Shown here piece after piece: positions 1 through 12,284 of a stretch of DNA of 64,000 nt; position 1 is the first letter of the stretch; every line of letters begins with the position of its first letter. A model generated the notes under the pieces. The model did no database searches. It was not told the origin of the DNA and saw only the letters and a list, made by a program, of their open reading frames with translations. This stretch comes from Mobula birostris (taxonomy: Eukaryota). Made by a program: the position numbers and the translations under genes. Location: assembly GCF_030028105.1 (NCBI RefSeq), contig NC_092401.1:7846984-7910983 (forward strand), written 5' to 3'.

Positions 1-1030
1 CGTAGAAACATAGAAAATAGATGCAGGAGTACATTCGGCCCTTCGAGCCTGCACCACCATTCAGTATGATCATGGCTAATCATCCAACTCAGAACCCTGT
101 ACCAGCCTTCCATCCATACCCCCTGATCCCTTTAGCCACAAGGACCATATCTAACTCCCTCTTAAATATAGCCAATGAACTGGCCTCAATTGTTTCCTGT
201 GGCAGAGAATTCCACAGATTCACCACTCACTGTGTGAAGAAGTTTTTCCTAATCTCAGTCCTAAAAGGCTTCCCCTTTATCCTCAAACTGTAACCCCTTG
301 TTCTGGACTTCCCCAACATCAGGAACAATCTTCCTGCATCTAGCCTGTCCAATCTCTTTAGGATTTTATAGGATTCGATAAGATCCCCCCTCAATCTTCT
401 AAATTCCAACGATTATAAGCCTAGTCGATCCAGTCTTTCATCATATGAAAGTCCTGCTATCCCAGGAATCAATCTGGTGAACCTTCTTTGTACTCCCTCT
501 ATGGCAAGGATGTCTTTCCTCAGATTAGGGGACCAAAAGTGCACACAATACTCCAGGTGTGGTCTCACCAAGGCCTTGTACAGCTGCAGTAGTACCTCCC
601 TGATCCTGTACTCGAATCCTCTTGCTATGAATGCCAGCATACCATTGGCCTTTTTCACTGCCTGCTGTACCCGCATGCCCACTTTCAATGACTGGTGTAT
701 AATGACACCCAGGTCTCGTTGCACCTCCCCTTTTCCTAATCAGCCACCATTCAAATAATAATCTGTTTTCCTGTTTTTGCCACCAAAGTGGGATAACCTC
801 ACATTTATCCACATTAAATTGCATCTGCCATGAATTTGCCCACACCTAACCTATCCAAGTCACCCTGCATACTCTTAGCATCCTCCTCACAGCTAACACT
901 GCCGCCCAGCTTCGTGTCATCTGCAAACTTGGAGATGCTGCATTTAATTCCCTCATCTAAGTCATTAATATATATTTAAACAACTGTGGTCCCAGCACTG
1001 AACCTTGCGGTGCCCCACTAGTCACTGCTT
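1..1030 (-). mobile_element. CR1 LINE 3' part
   Basis: Minus ORFs QRDLGV...LVRPHLEYC...RRLRGDLIE; (tttctatg)n tail at the window start. Confidence 0.9.
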
Positions 1031-1499
1031 ACAATGACTCTACCACTGGTGTGTGTTTGTACAATTTACAATGACTCTACCACCGGTATGTGTTTGGACT
1101 GTGGAAGGAAACCAAAGCGCCTGGAAAAACAAGAATAGTGCAGAAGCGACTAACTGGGCCAGTCAAGGTGAAAAAGTTGAGCAAAGTTCAAAGTAAAATT
1201 TATTATCAAGGTACATATATGACAATATGTACAACCCAGAGATCCATTTCCTTGTGGGCATGCTCAATACATCTTTAGAATAATAACCAAAACAGAATCA
1301 ATGAAGACTACACCAACTTGGGAGTTGAATAAGTGTGCAAAAGACAACAAACTGCAAATACAAAAAGAAAAATAAATAATAATAATAAAAAAATATGTAA
1401 GCAGTAAGTATTGAGAACAAGAGATGAAGAGTCTTTGAAAGTGAGTCCATTGGTTGTGGGAAGATTTCAATGATGGGGCAAGTGAAGTTATTCCCTCTG

Positions 1500-2511
1500 T
1501 GTCAGTACGCCCAGTTGAAATTGGTCTTTTTGTATGTTTTCCCCCATAGCCGTCAGTCTGTGGTTTTGTATTGCCATGTGCCCTTGTTTGTTTTCATGCC
1601 CCATGTGCTCCTGTCCCCACTCCTTCTCTACTCCAGCCCCTGTATTACTGAGTACTCTGCCTCTCACTGTTTCTCATTATTACCTGTTTTGCTTTCACTT
1701 CTATCTCATTGTGCTCCACCTATCATCTGCCTCTCTGTTTATTGCTCAGTGTATTTCAGTCCTGTGTTTTCACCTGTTTGTTGCCAGATTGTGCCAGTGA
1801 GTTTTCCTGAGCCTTTCCAGCATTCGATTCTGAACGGAGGCAAAGACAAGACAGATCCCCCTGTGGGGCAATGGCAAAACAGCCTGACTTACCCCACAGA
1901 GGCAAGGACAAGAAGAGAAAAACACCAAAGAATGACAACAACAGGAATTCTGCAGATGCTGGAAATTCAAGCAACACACATAAAAGTTGCTGGTGAACGC
2001 AGCAGGCCAGGCAGCATCTCTAGGAAGAGGTGCTGTCTGGCCTGCTGCGTTCACCAGCAACTTTTATGTGTGTTACCAAAGAATGACAGACAGTTCCATC
2101 TCTGCTCCAGGGAAGCTCCAAGTCTCAGTTCAGCCAGCAACCTCAGCTGGCTATGGAAACAGCCAGATCCCTACCTAGCTTGGAGTGGCTGGCAGCCACT
2201 CAGCTGGCCCGGGAAACAGCCAAATCCATACCGCAAAGACCACTCCAACGAGTGGCAACAAGGCTGCATGAAGAAGTGGTCCTCCAACCAGGCCTAGAGA
2301 TCACTAGCCTTCTATCAGCAGGTTGCTCCAAGGCAGACTGACAAGACAAACCAGCAGCCCACACTCAAGGCTACTTATATTGCAAGCCCAAAGATGGGAA
2401 TCAGGTGCCTATGATTAACTCAAACAAGGGTCATCTGGAAGACCCGGAGTCCTGAATCCACGGACCGGACCGTGAACCGGAATGGGGATTTTACGGACCG
2501 GACCATGACAA
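1500..2511 (-). mobile_element. Solo LTR
   Basis: Minus strand TGTCATGG...CTGACA. Same family as the LTR starting at 63945. No TSD seen. Confidence 0.65.
1938..2074. mobile_element. Short palindromic Penelope-derived insertion, 14-bp TSD
   Basis: TSD accaaagaatgaca at 1924-1937 and 2075-2088. Inverted arm plus forward arm of the terminal repeat. Confidence 0.85.
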
Positions 2512-2519
2512 ATACATAA

Positions 2520-3720
2520 TCTAGCAGAGAGAAAAAAAATAATAAAATAAAACATAATAAAGTAAGTCAATTAGGTATATTGAAATGATTTTTTAAAATG
2601 TGCAAAAACAGAAATACTGTACATTAAATAAGGTGAGATGGTGTCCAAAGCTTCGATGTCCATTTAGGAATTGGATAGCAGAGGGGAAGAAGCTATTCAT
2701 GCATCACTGAGTGTGTGCCTTCAGGCTTCTGTATCTCCTACCTGATGGTAACAGTGAGAAACGGGCATGCCTGGGTGCTGGAGGTCCTTAACAATGGATG
2801 CTGCCTTTCTGAGACACCGCTCCCTAAAGATGTCCTGGGTACTTTGTAGGCTAGTGCCCAAGGTGGAGCTGACTAGATTTACAACTCTCTGCATTCTTTC
2901 GGTCCTGTGCAGTAGCCCCCCCCGCCCCCATACCAGACAGTGATGCAGCCTGTCAGAATGCTCTCCATGGTACATCTATAGAAGTTTTTGAGGGTATTTG
3001 TTGACATGCCAAATCTCTTCAAACTCCTAATAAAGTAAAGCCACTGTCTTGCCTTCTTTATGATGACATCAATTGGGACCAGGTTAGATCCTCAGAGACC
3101 TTGACACCGAGGAACTTGAAGTTGCTCACTCTCTCCACTCCAGATCCCTCTGTGAGAATTGGTATGTGCTCCTTCATCTTACCCTGAAGTCCACAATCAG
3201 CTCTTTTGTCTTACTGCCGTTGAGTACCAGGTTGTTGTTGCGGCACCATTCCACTAGTCGGCATATCTCACTCCTGTACACCCTCTCGTCACCACCAGAA
3301 ATTCTACCAACAATGGCTGTATCGTTAGCAAATTTGTACATGATATTTGAACATACCTAGCCACACAGTCATGTGTTTACAGAGAGTAGAGCAGTGGGCT
3401 AAGCACATACCCCTGAGGTGCACCAGTGTTGATCATCAGCAGGGAGGATATGTTATCACCAATCCACACAGATTGTGGTCTTCTGGTTAGGAAGTCGAGG
3501 ATCCAATTGCAAAGGGAGGTACAGAGGCCCAGGTTCTGCAACTTCTCAAACAGGATTGTGGGAATGATAGTATTAAATGCTGAGCTAGAGTCAATGAACA
3601 GCAGCAGTAGGTGTTCGTGTTGTCCAGGTGGTCTAAACCCGTGTGGAGAGCCACTGAGATTGCACCTACCATTGACCTATGGTGGCGACAGACAAATTGC
3701 AATGGGTCCAGGTCCTTGCT
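2520..3720 (-). mobile_element. Rex1/Babar-type LINE 3' part
   Basis: Minus strand encodes NTGAPQG.VLSPLL-like, KFA(N/D)DT and TIESILT-like motifs. Confidence 0.75.
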
Positions 3721-3724
3721 GAGG

Positions 3725-4065
3725 CCATTCCCCATTCTTGTTTCCCTCTCACACTTTCTCTTCTTACCTGCCCTTCACCTCCCTCTGGCTTTCCTCCTAC
3801 TTTCCTCTCTTCCATGGTCTTCTGTCCACTCCTATCAGACTCCCCCTTCTCCAGCCCTTCAACTTCACCCTTTCCCCCTCTCCTGGTTTCATCTCGCAGC
3901 TGCCACCTTGTACTTCCTCCTCCCCTCTCCCACCTTCTTGTTCTGACTTCTTCCCCTCCCTTCCCAGACCTGAGGAAGGGTCTCAGCCTGAAACGTTGAC
4001 TGTTCATTCGTTTCCGTAGATGCATCCTGGCCTTTTGAGTTCCTCCAACATTTTGTGTGTGCTGC
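3725..4065 (+). mobile_element. Penelope-like terminal fragment
   Basis: Pyrimidine-rich UTR, hammerhead motif and ttttgtgtgt end, like 35735-36098. Confidence 0.7.
3965..4002 (+). ncRNA. Hammerhead ribozyme motif, one stem I mismatch
   Basis: cagac-CTGAGGA-AGGgtctcagCCT-GAAA-CGTT-GACTG. Confidence 0.6.
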
Positions 4066-4129
4066 AAGGGGCTCGGTGATTGTTCAGACCAACCAACAAA
4101 ATGGGAAGGAGATGTGGTCTATGCGACTT

Positions 4130-4460
4130 TGACCATGGAATGAATGTTGGTGCCATTTAGTGTGGTTTGAGTATCGCAGAAACTGCTGATCTCCTGAGAT
4201 TTTCATTCACTCAATAGTCTTTGCAGAGAATGCTGCCAAATGAAACAACTAAGTGAGCGGCAGTTCTGTGGGTGAAAAAGACTTGTTCATGAGGTCAGAG
4301 GAGAATAGCCAGTCTGGTTCAAGCTGACTGAAGGCGACAGTAATTTGAATAACCACACATTAAAACAGTGGTGTGCAGAAAAGCCAACACGTCGATGGAT
4401 AGGCTGCAACGCAGGGGTCGCGAGCATACACTCAGTGGCCACTTTATTAGGTACAGGGAG
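4130..4460 (+). mobile_element. Tc1-derived non-autonomous fragment
   Basis: Homeodomain-like region remnant and TIR-like tacactcagtggccactttattaggtaca at about 4428-4456. Confidence 0.55.
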
Positions 4461-4639
4461 GTAAGTGATAAAGTGGACAACAAACAAAAACTGGTCGAAT
4501 TGTATTTGAGATCACTTGAATCTTGGCGACTGATCCACTGTTTTACGCTCAGACGGGGAGTCGGAATGGATCACCGAGAGGCACGTAGTCCGTAACATAT
4601 CAGCCTCTGTCCAGTCCTTAATACTGAACATGGGAGTAG

Positions 4640-5090
4640 AGGGCAGTAACCGTGAAACAAAATGTCACTCCTCCCACATCACGGGCAAACTGACGTGTAA
4701 AAGTCACAAATTGTGAAATTGTTTGAAAGCTCGTCCGTGAATTGTACAAATATTTACTCGGTACTCATTTTTCCTATTGTTATCTCTCCAACCATTCCGC
4801 AGTTGACATAAAAATCAATGTGAATTTGCTCTTTTGTTCTGCCAAACCAAAGACAATGAAGCAAATCGAGAAACGAGTAATGGTCCGCAGAATAAAGCAC
4901 ACAATGCAAAAATGCACAGTTACTAAGTTCAGTTGTCATCTAATACTCTGAGAGTCCGCGTAAATAGGCGTATATGGAAAATTTTTTAAAAACACTTTAC
5001 CTACCTGTTACTTGGCGAAAGCAACCTGGAATTCATAGCTTTTGAAATCGCCATACCATAAAATCTGCAGATTCTCAAAATCCTCTAGAC
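4640..5090 (-). pseudogene. Degenerate paralogue of ICAM exon 1 and the start of intron 1
   Basis: Collinear exact motifs shared with 60690-60960: agtaaccgtgaaac (4645/60695), gcagaataaag (4887/60735), acctacctgtta containing the donor (4999/60895), aaatctgc (about 5061/60949). The phase-1 frame from ATG 5059 has an internal TGA (MVWRFQKL*IPGCFRQVT). Confidence 0.5.
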
Positions 5091-5116
5091 TCTGGGAGTC
5101 AACACCTCCCACTGCA

Positions 5117-5340
5117 ACACACATCAAAGTTGCTGGTGAACGCAGCAGGCCAGGCAGCATCTCTAGGAAGAGGTGCAGTCGATGTTTCAGGCCAAGACCC
5201 TGACGAAGGGTCTCGGCCTGAAACGTCGACTGCACCTCTTCCTAGAGATGCTGCCTGGCCTGCTGCGTTCACCAGCAACTTTGATGTGTGTTGCTTGAAT
5301 TTCCAGCATCTGCAGAATTCCTGTTGTTTGCGAAAAAAAA
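5117..5340. mobile_element. Palindromic Penelope-derived insertion, 13-bp TSD
   Basis: TSD acctcccactgca at 5104-5116 and 5341-5353. Long inverted arms centred on tgacgaa. Confidence 0.85.
5195..5232 (+). ncRNA. Hammerhead core at the centre of a palindromic element
   Basis: CTGACGA-AGGgtctcggCCT-GAAA-CGTC-GACTG. The 5' stem I strand is replaced by the inverted arm. Confidence 0.5.
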
Positions 5341-5439
5341 ACCTCCCACTGCAGCTGGATCGTTCACTTCCTGATCAACAACTCACGCTCATTAAGGTTG
5401 GAACAACACTTCCACTGTAATTGTAGACACTGGAGCTTT

Positions 5440-6375
5440 ACAAGGACATGTCAGTCCATGGCCTCTTGGGCTGAGATGAAGCCACACTCAGGGTGGGGGA
5501 GCAATACCTTGTTTCTGTCTGGGTAGCCTCCAACTTGATGGCGCGAATATCAATTTCTCCTTACATATAAAAAAAATCCCTCACCCTCCTCTTCTATTAC
5601 CCACTCTGTCCTTTATCTCTCTTCACTTGCTAATCATTTCCCCTGGGATATCTCCTCCTTTCCTTTCTCCTATGGTCCACTCTCCTCTCCTATCAGATTC
5701 CTTCTCCATCCCTTTACCTTTCCCACCCACTTTGCTTAACGTATCACCTTCAAGCTAGCCTCCTTCCCCTCCATCCGCCTTTTTTACTCTGGTGTCTACC
5801 TCCTTCCTTTTCAGTCCTGAAGAAGGGTCTCGACCCAAACTTCAATTGTTTATTCATTTCCATAGATGCTGCCTGACTTGCTGAGTTCCTACGGCATTTT
5901 GTGTGTGTGTGTTGCTTCACGAGTTTCAGTGTTTGCAAACTTTATTCGTGTTTAACATTTATTTCTCCAACTTCTGGTAATTTATGCCGCACACCCTTTC
6001 CCTCTTCTTCCATTCCCTACTCTGCCCTGGCCCTTCTTACCTTATCTCTTCTCCACACCAACCTATCACCTCCCCCAGTGCCCATTCTTCTTCCCTTTCT
6101 CTCACAGTGCACTCTCCTATCCTATCAGATTCATTATTCTTCAGCCCTTTACATTTTCCATCTATTGCCCCTCAGCATCTCACTCCGTTCCCTGACCCAT
6201 CTGCCTTCACCTGTCAGAGAGTACTCCAACCCCTCTCCCTCAAATTCTTATTCTGACTTCTTCCCTCTTCCTTTTTAGTTCTGAAGAAGAGTCTCAACCC
6301 AAAGCATCAACAGTTTATTAGTTCCATAGACAAAACCTGACCTGCAGATTTCCTCCAGCATTTTGTGTCTGTTGT
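5440..6375 (+). mobile_element. Two degraded Penelope-like 3' fragments
   Basis: Degenerate endonuclease end (ctgggtagcctccaacttgatggc) and two eroded hammerhead/tail segments at about 5815 and 6280. Confidence 0.65.
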
Positions 6376-9300
6376 TTCATAAGGTTCCATCCTCAGCCTC
6401 CTCCTCTACCCCTTGTACTCCCATGGCATGTGGCCAGATCCTGCCTATCCCGGTGTATTAAGAATATTAATTAATACCCCAGTATGATAAGTTGAACCGT
6501 ACTTCACCCCTTTATGTTCTTACACTCTTTTGTTCATCTGACTACACTTTCTCTGTAGCTGTTCCCTTTATTCTGCATTCAAATATTGTTTTTACCATGT
6601 GCTCCCCCAATGCACTGTGCACTGGTCTGTTCTGTTTGAGCAGTGTCTTGGGCTGACTGCGGCAGGCTCTGGATGTCCCTCATTAGCGTCACTGACCATC
6701 ACAGAACCCACAGGAAAGAGTGGAAGCAACTTGTCCACAGCCCCAGGAGTAGTCAAAGAAGAAAGATCTGTGTAATGTCCCGTAAATACGTTGCATGAAT
6801 TAATACCAGCTTGGGGAGGAGGTTATCATTGTAATTGTGTAAAGGAGAATATTCCTTCCATCTTCATACCTTGCCCCATGCAGAATTGCCCAATGCGCCT
6901 GGCTGCCAGCTCCCAACTGTGAAGGCAATTCGCGGCAGGTGGAGGACATTTGGCCCCTCAGGCCAGGACTGCCATTCCATCTTCAGGTTGACAGTTTTCC
7001 TCTGCTCCACCCTGTGTCAACATACAAGAGGTTATGACCCATACCATTCCTCCATGTAGATGCTGAACATCAAGAGCTGTGAGCACTGGAAATGAGACTG
7101 ATGGATGGAGTAAGCATCAGCCCCTCAAAAGGCAGCCACATTGTTGAGTTGACCCAGTTAGTCTCGGAACAAGTTACAGGTTTAATCCAGGCAGGGAGTC
7201 AAAAGCTTGATTCTTTGTTAACTTCATTAAAGTTGTATTCTGATCATTCTATCATTTTTTGGATTGTATCCAATCACTGATTTTCATACTCTTCTTTTGA
7301 CAATTAAAGCCACTTCATTCTTTCTGCAGGCTTCCTGCCCACAGTACAAGAAACCGTCTGATGTAAAATAACCCATTTCAGTCCACTTTAGTTCACTAAT
7401 TCCCAATATGTCAATGCTTAGTCTTGCTGTCTCTTTTTTGACGACATCTGTTTTACTTGATACATGGATCTTACATTCCAGTTTCCAAAGGTGTATCGAT
7501 TTTACAGCATTGGACCTTCTTTTCATTTCCAGGCACATCAGCAGTTGGAAGTCCTTTCAGCTTAAATCCAATCATGTCATTAGCTGTGGTACTCCTCATA
7601 CTTGTCCTCCACTCTTGCGTGTCATTCTCATATATCTCTTGTTACTTTTATCAATAAGGTTTTCTTGACAAATTACTGGAGTGAGTTGCCATTTCCTTCT
7701 CTAGTGGACCATATTTAGTGTTACCTCTGTGCTATGACCTGTCCTTACATTGTTTAACTCATAGCGTCACTGAAGTACACAAGCCCCTTACCACGACAAA
7801 GTAATGATCCATGCCAAATTAACTCTCTGGTTATAGAAAATACCCTCTTCCTCCAGCATAAGAGGCAACTCTACACGTGGACATCACCAGACGGTCAACA
7901 CCAAAACCAGATTGACTATATACTTTGCAATCAGAGATGGAAGAGCTCAATACAGTCAGCTAAAACAAGACCAGGGGAAGATTTGGCTCAGGCCATGAGC
8001 AGGCTTGTTGCAAAATTCAGAATGAAGCTGAAGAGCATCAGGAAAACCAATGTAACAGCAAAGTTTGATGTTGATAGCATCCCTCAAGAATATGCCATGG
8101 AGGTGAAGAACAAGTTCAATGGATTAAACCTGGTAGAAAGAAAGCCAGAAAAACTATGGATAGAAGTAAGAAGCATTTTACTAAAGGTGGCATCAAAAAC
8201 AAAATACAGTATTGCAAACAAAAAGAAGACCAGGAAAGCAAGATGGCTTTCTGCGAAGGCTCTACAAGTGACTGAGCAGTGAAAAGGAGTGAAGGCCAAT
8301 GGAGGTGGAAACAAATATTTCCAAATAAATGTAATGTTCAAGAAGACAGCAAGGAAAGATGAGAAAACTTAATTAAAGGAGTGATACAAAGAAGCTGAAG
8401 AAGCCAACAGAATTGGAAAAACAAGAGATCTATTTAAGAAGATCAGAGAAATGAAAGGAACATTTCATGCAAAAATGAGTATAGTAAAAGACAAAGGAGG
8501 GAAAGACCTTACAGAAGTAGAGGACACCAAGAAGAGATGGCAAGAATACACAGAAGATTTGTACAGGAAAGATCCCAGCAATGAAGACACCTGCAATGAC
8601 TCCCTCATTGATCTAGAGCCGGACATTCTGGAAAATGAAGTCGAACGGGCAATGGAAAACATTGCCAATAATAAGGCTGCAGGATGTGACTGGATCCAGT
8701 TGAATTGTTTAAAACTTTAAAAGGTGATGCTGTAAAAGTGTTGCATGGTATTTGCCAGCAGATCTGGAAAACCAAACAATGGCCATTAACCTGGAAAAGA
8801 TCAGTTTGTATGCTAATTCCCAAGAAGGGAAATGTAAAGGAATGTTCAAATTACCAAACAATTTCACATGCTAGTAGGTTAATGCTAAGGATCATGCAAG
8901 CAAGACCCCAGCCATATATGGAACGAGAACTGCCAGATGTACAAGCTGGTTTTAGAAGAGGCAGGGGCACCAGAGAACAAATTGCTAACCTATGCTGGAG
9001 AATGGAGAAATCCAGGGAATTCCAGAAAAGTATTTATCTATATTTTATTGATTCCTCGACAGTGTGGACCTTAATAAACTATGGCAAATCCTTAAAGAAA
9101 TGAGGATACCTGGACATCCGATCTACCTTATGAGAAACTTGTATGAAGATCAAGAAGCAACAATTAGAACTGAACACGGAACAACAAACTGGTTCAAGAT
9201 TGGGAAAGGAGTACGACAAGGCTGCATACTGTCCCTGTGCTTATTTAATCTATATGCTGAACACATCATGAGGAATGCTGGTCTGGAGGACTCAAATGTT

Positions 9301-9418
9301 GGAATCAAAATTTCCAGACGAAATATTAACAACCTCAGATGTGCAGATGATACTACTCTAATGGCTAAAGGTGAGGAGGATCTGAGGAAGCTTCTAATCA
9401 AAGTGAAAGAAGTGCAAA

Positions 9419-10544
9419 TGTTACCACGTTCGGATATGGCCCAATTGCAGAGCAAGAGACACTGAAGCACATCAATAGTTCACAGAGTTTAATGAGAACA
9501 GTGTTAATGGGAAAAGAAAACAATAAATGCTAGGCTGAACAGGGCCGTTAACTATGTAGCCCTCCTGGACACCCTCAGGGTCACTCGGCTCACTGTCGCC
9601 TAGGGAAACAGCCCTCGGCCCCGCCAAACTGGGTAATTAGTTTGTGTGGATGCTGTGTGATATTCCCCACCCCGCCCAAATAACAGACAATACACCAGAT
9701 ACGATTAAATGATTTACAGTTTATAGATATTACTGGAACTAAATAATTAATAAAGAATAAAATATAAAAGGAAAATGAAAGGCGCCACACTTATCAAAGT
9801 TCAATCACTGCGTGCACAAACAGTTGGAGCTCAGGACCCTTCTTCTTCATCCTGCGACCCCTCGGACCATCTCGACTGGCTGCCTGGGACCAACAACGGT
9901 GGTCGACCAGATGCTCTACACGAGTCCGTCTCCGACTCCTCTCCTCGCCGAACGCCCTCCTCGGCGTCCGACCCCGTTAGCGGACATCACAGCACCTGGT
10001 CCATCCTCTGTCTCTCTCTCCCACCTTCTGCCCCAAAACCCCGCGCATATAATATCGTCAAATACACCAAAAACATAACAACTATCCTAATTGGTTGGTA
10101 ACATATTCTTATCACACTCTAACCCAAAACAAGCTGCTAGCGCAAAAACTTTCTCAGCGTTTAACATAACAAAGAAGCATTTCCAAGTATAACATAACAA
10201 AGAAACAATTTTAATTAGTCTACGCAGTAACATAAGAGACAAAACCCCCTTACAACTAAAACACTCAAACAGAAAACAAAGCCAACATTGCAGCTGAAAA
10301 GAACAACTAGGAATAAAATGAATACCGCTAGTCTTCAGGGTCAGTTGACCCGACAGTGCAATTTCTCAGGCAAGGCGAAATGAAAGCAGGCAGCGAAGTG
10401 TTGCTGTGTCCAAGTCTCGACAAATACTACAACGGAATGAATGGAGTGAAATACTATCACAATGAAATAATTAGCTGACACGAACATATTCACGAGTGCA
10501 ATTGCTGAATCTGCTACGCCCCCGAATCCGTGGTTGTGGTAGCA
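9419..10544. mobile_element. Solo LTR inserted in the BovB RT
   Basis: Termini TGTTACCAC...GTGGTAGCA. BovB frame KVKE..SA|KAGLLLNIKK resumes on the right. TSD imperfect. Confidence 0.65.
9555..10254 (-). mobile_element. Solo LTR nested in the 9419-10544 LTR
   Basis: TGTAG...TTACA termini with 4-bp TSD ACTA (9551-9554, 10255-10258). Confidence 0.75.
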
Positions 10545-12284
10545 AAAGCTGGCTTGTTGCTCAATATTAAGAAAACCAAGATTATGTTGACCAATCCTCT
10601 TAACTCCATGGTATAAATAGAAAGGAAGTGGAAGCCGTGACAGATTTTGTATTCCTCGGTTCAAAGATTTCTTTAGATGATAACTGCAGCCACAAAATTA
10701 AATGGTGCCTACTTCTGGGGAGAGGAACAGTGGCAAATTTAGATAAAATACTAAAGAGCAGAGACATAACGTTGTGTACAAAGATCAGTATAGTCAAGTC
10801 TATGGTATTTCCAGTTGTGCTGTATGGCTGAGAGAGCTGGACTATCAGTAAAGCTGAACAGAAAAGAATCAATGCCTTTGAACTTGGATGCTGGAGGGAA
10901 GTGACAAAAGCTCAAATATTCTGGCCACATCATGAGAATAGAGGATTCCTTGGAGAAGACTTTCTCATTTTAGGTAAAACAGAAGCTAAAAGAAGGAGAG
11001 GACGACAGAGGCTACAATGATAATAATACTCACAGAATGCGTATGACCTTGGGGGATATTAGAGAGGCAATTTCCAAAAGGAAGGCTTAGTGTGCAGGAG
11101 TCCATGACGTCACGAAGAGTCGGACTCGACTTAACGGCTGAACAGCAACGAGGCTACAAATTTTTAAACTCAAAGCCCTATACAATGGAAGTAATGAGAA
11201 TCTCAGGCACTTAACAGGTGTCTCGGGAGCAAGGTGGTAGGAGTCAAAAAATTATGTGCAATCATAGACAATGGAAGGCATTTGGTCACAAAGGCAGAGG
11301 AAGTGGATGAGGTCCTTAATGAATATTTTTCATTGGTGTTCACCAGTGTGAAGATCGTAGTAAGATTAAGGGAGAGTATGTTGATTTGGTAAAGGATAGA
11401 CTTATTAGAGATGGTCAGTCGGCTTTCCCGAGGGGAGGTTTGCTCTCACAAGCTTGACTGGAGTGACACAGATAATTTGTGATGGTTGGGCAGTGGATAT
11501 CTTCTACATGAACATCAGTACAGAACTTGACAAGGTATCTCATGATCTGGTGGTCCAGAACACAAGGGGATCTGCAGATGCTGGAAATCATGAGCATACT
11601 TTAGCTAGACCAGCACCGCCAATCAGGCAGCACCTATGGCAGAGAATACACAGTCAACCTCAGTCCTATCATCTTGCTTGCAATACGCCTATAAAATGCC
11701 TTGAGATTCTCCTTAATCCCACTTGGTCAAGACACTTCTTGCGCCTTTGTAATCCTCCAAATTTCTGGTTGAATTTCTTTCCTGTTTCCTCTATACTCTC
11801 AAGGGCGTTGTCTGATTTCAGCTTCCTAAACTGTACATATCCTGCCTTTCTATTTTTCATTATATGTACAATAACTCTAATCCTTCAAGGTCACCAGTGT
11901 TTCCCATGTTTTATTTTCACCCACACATGGACAATTGGTTAGCCTTTAAAACACACTCATCTATGGACAAGACACAATACACCATGACAACAGTAACAGA
12001 ATCACATTTTAATAGAGCAGCATTTTAATGTCACAGTAAAGACAATACATAATACAGAACGGCCATCTTCTGCATTAAATATTTTCAACTTTTGTAAGTT
12101 CTTCAGAGACACTTATCAAAAAACACAGATGTCCCAAGAAATCTGTAAGCCTGAAGACTGGAAGCAGTTCAGGGAGCAGGGATGATGACCAAAAAAAGAT
12201 AAAGAGAGAGTATTTTTACAAAAGTAAAAAGAGAAAGAAGAAAGTAAAATAACAGCCTGTGACTATTAGTGTGGTCAAACCAAG

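Larger units (their letters stand above)
7225..11150 (+). mobile_element. BovB-like RTE LINE with inverted 5' segment, interrupted by nested LTRs
   Basis: Minus segment 7812-7225 carries the 5' UTR motif GAGAAGGAAATGGCAACTCACTCCAGTA and ...DILGISELKWT. Plus body: LYTWTSPDGQHQNQIDYILCNQRWKSSIQSAKTRPG, ELPDVQAGFRRGRGT, GKGVRQGCILS, RCADDTTLMA, EAVTDFVFLGSKI. 3' end gtccatgacgtcacgaagagtcggactcgact. Many stops and frameshifts. Confidence 0.85.

Noticed and set aside
1470-2297. 275-aa plus-strand ORF as a gene
   Set aside because: Runs through a solo LTR and a palindromic insertion, is low-complexity, and has no recognisable domain.
5130-5420. Recurrent [17 protein letters not shown] ORFs as a peptide family
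   Set aside because: They are translations of the palindromic Penelope-derived repeat and have no consistent start or length.
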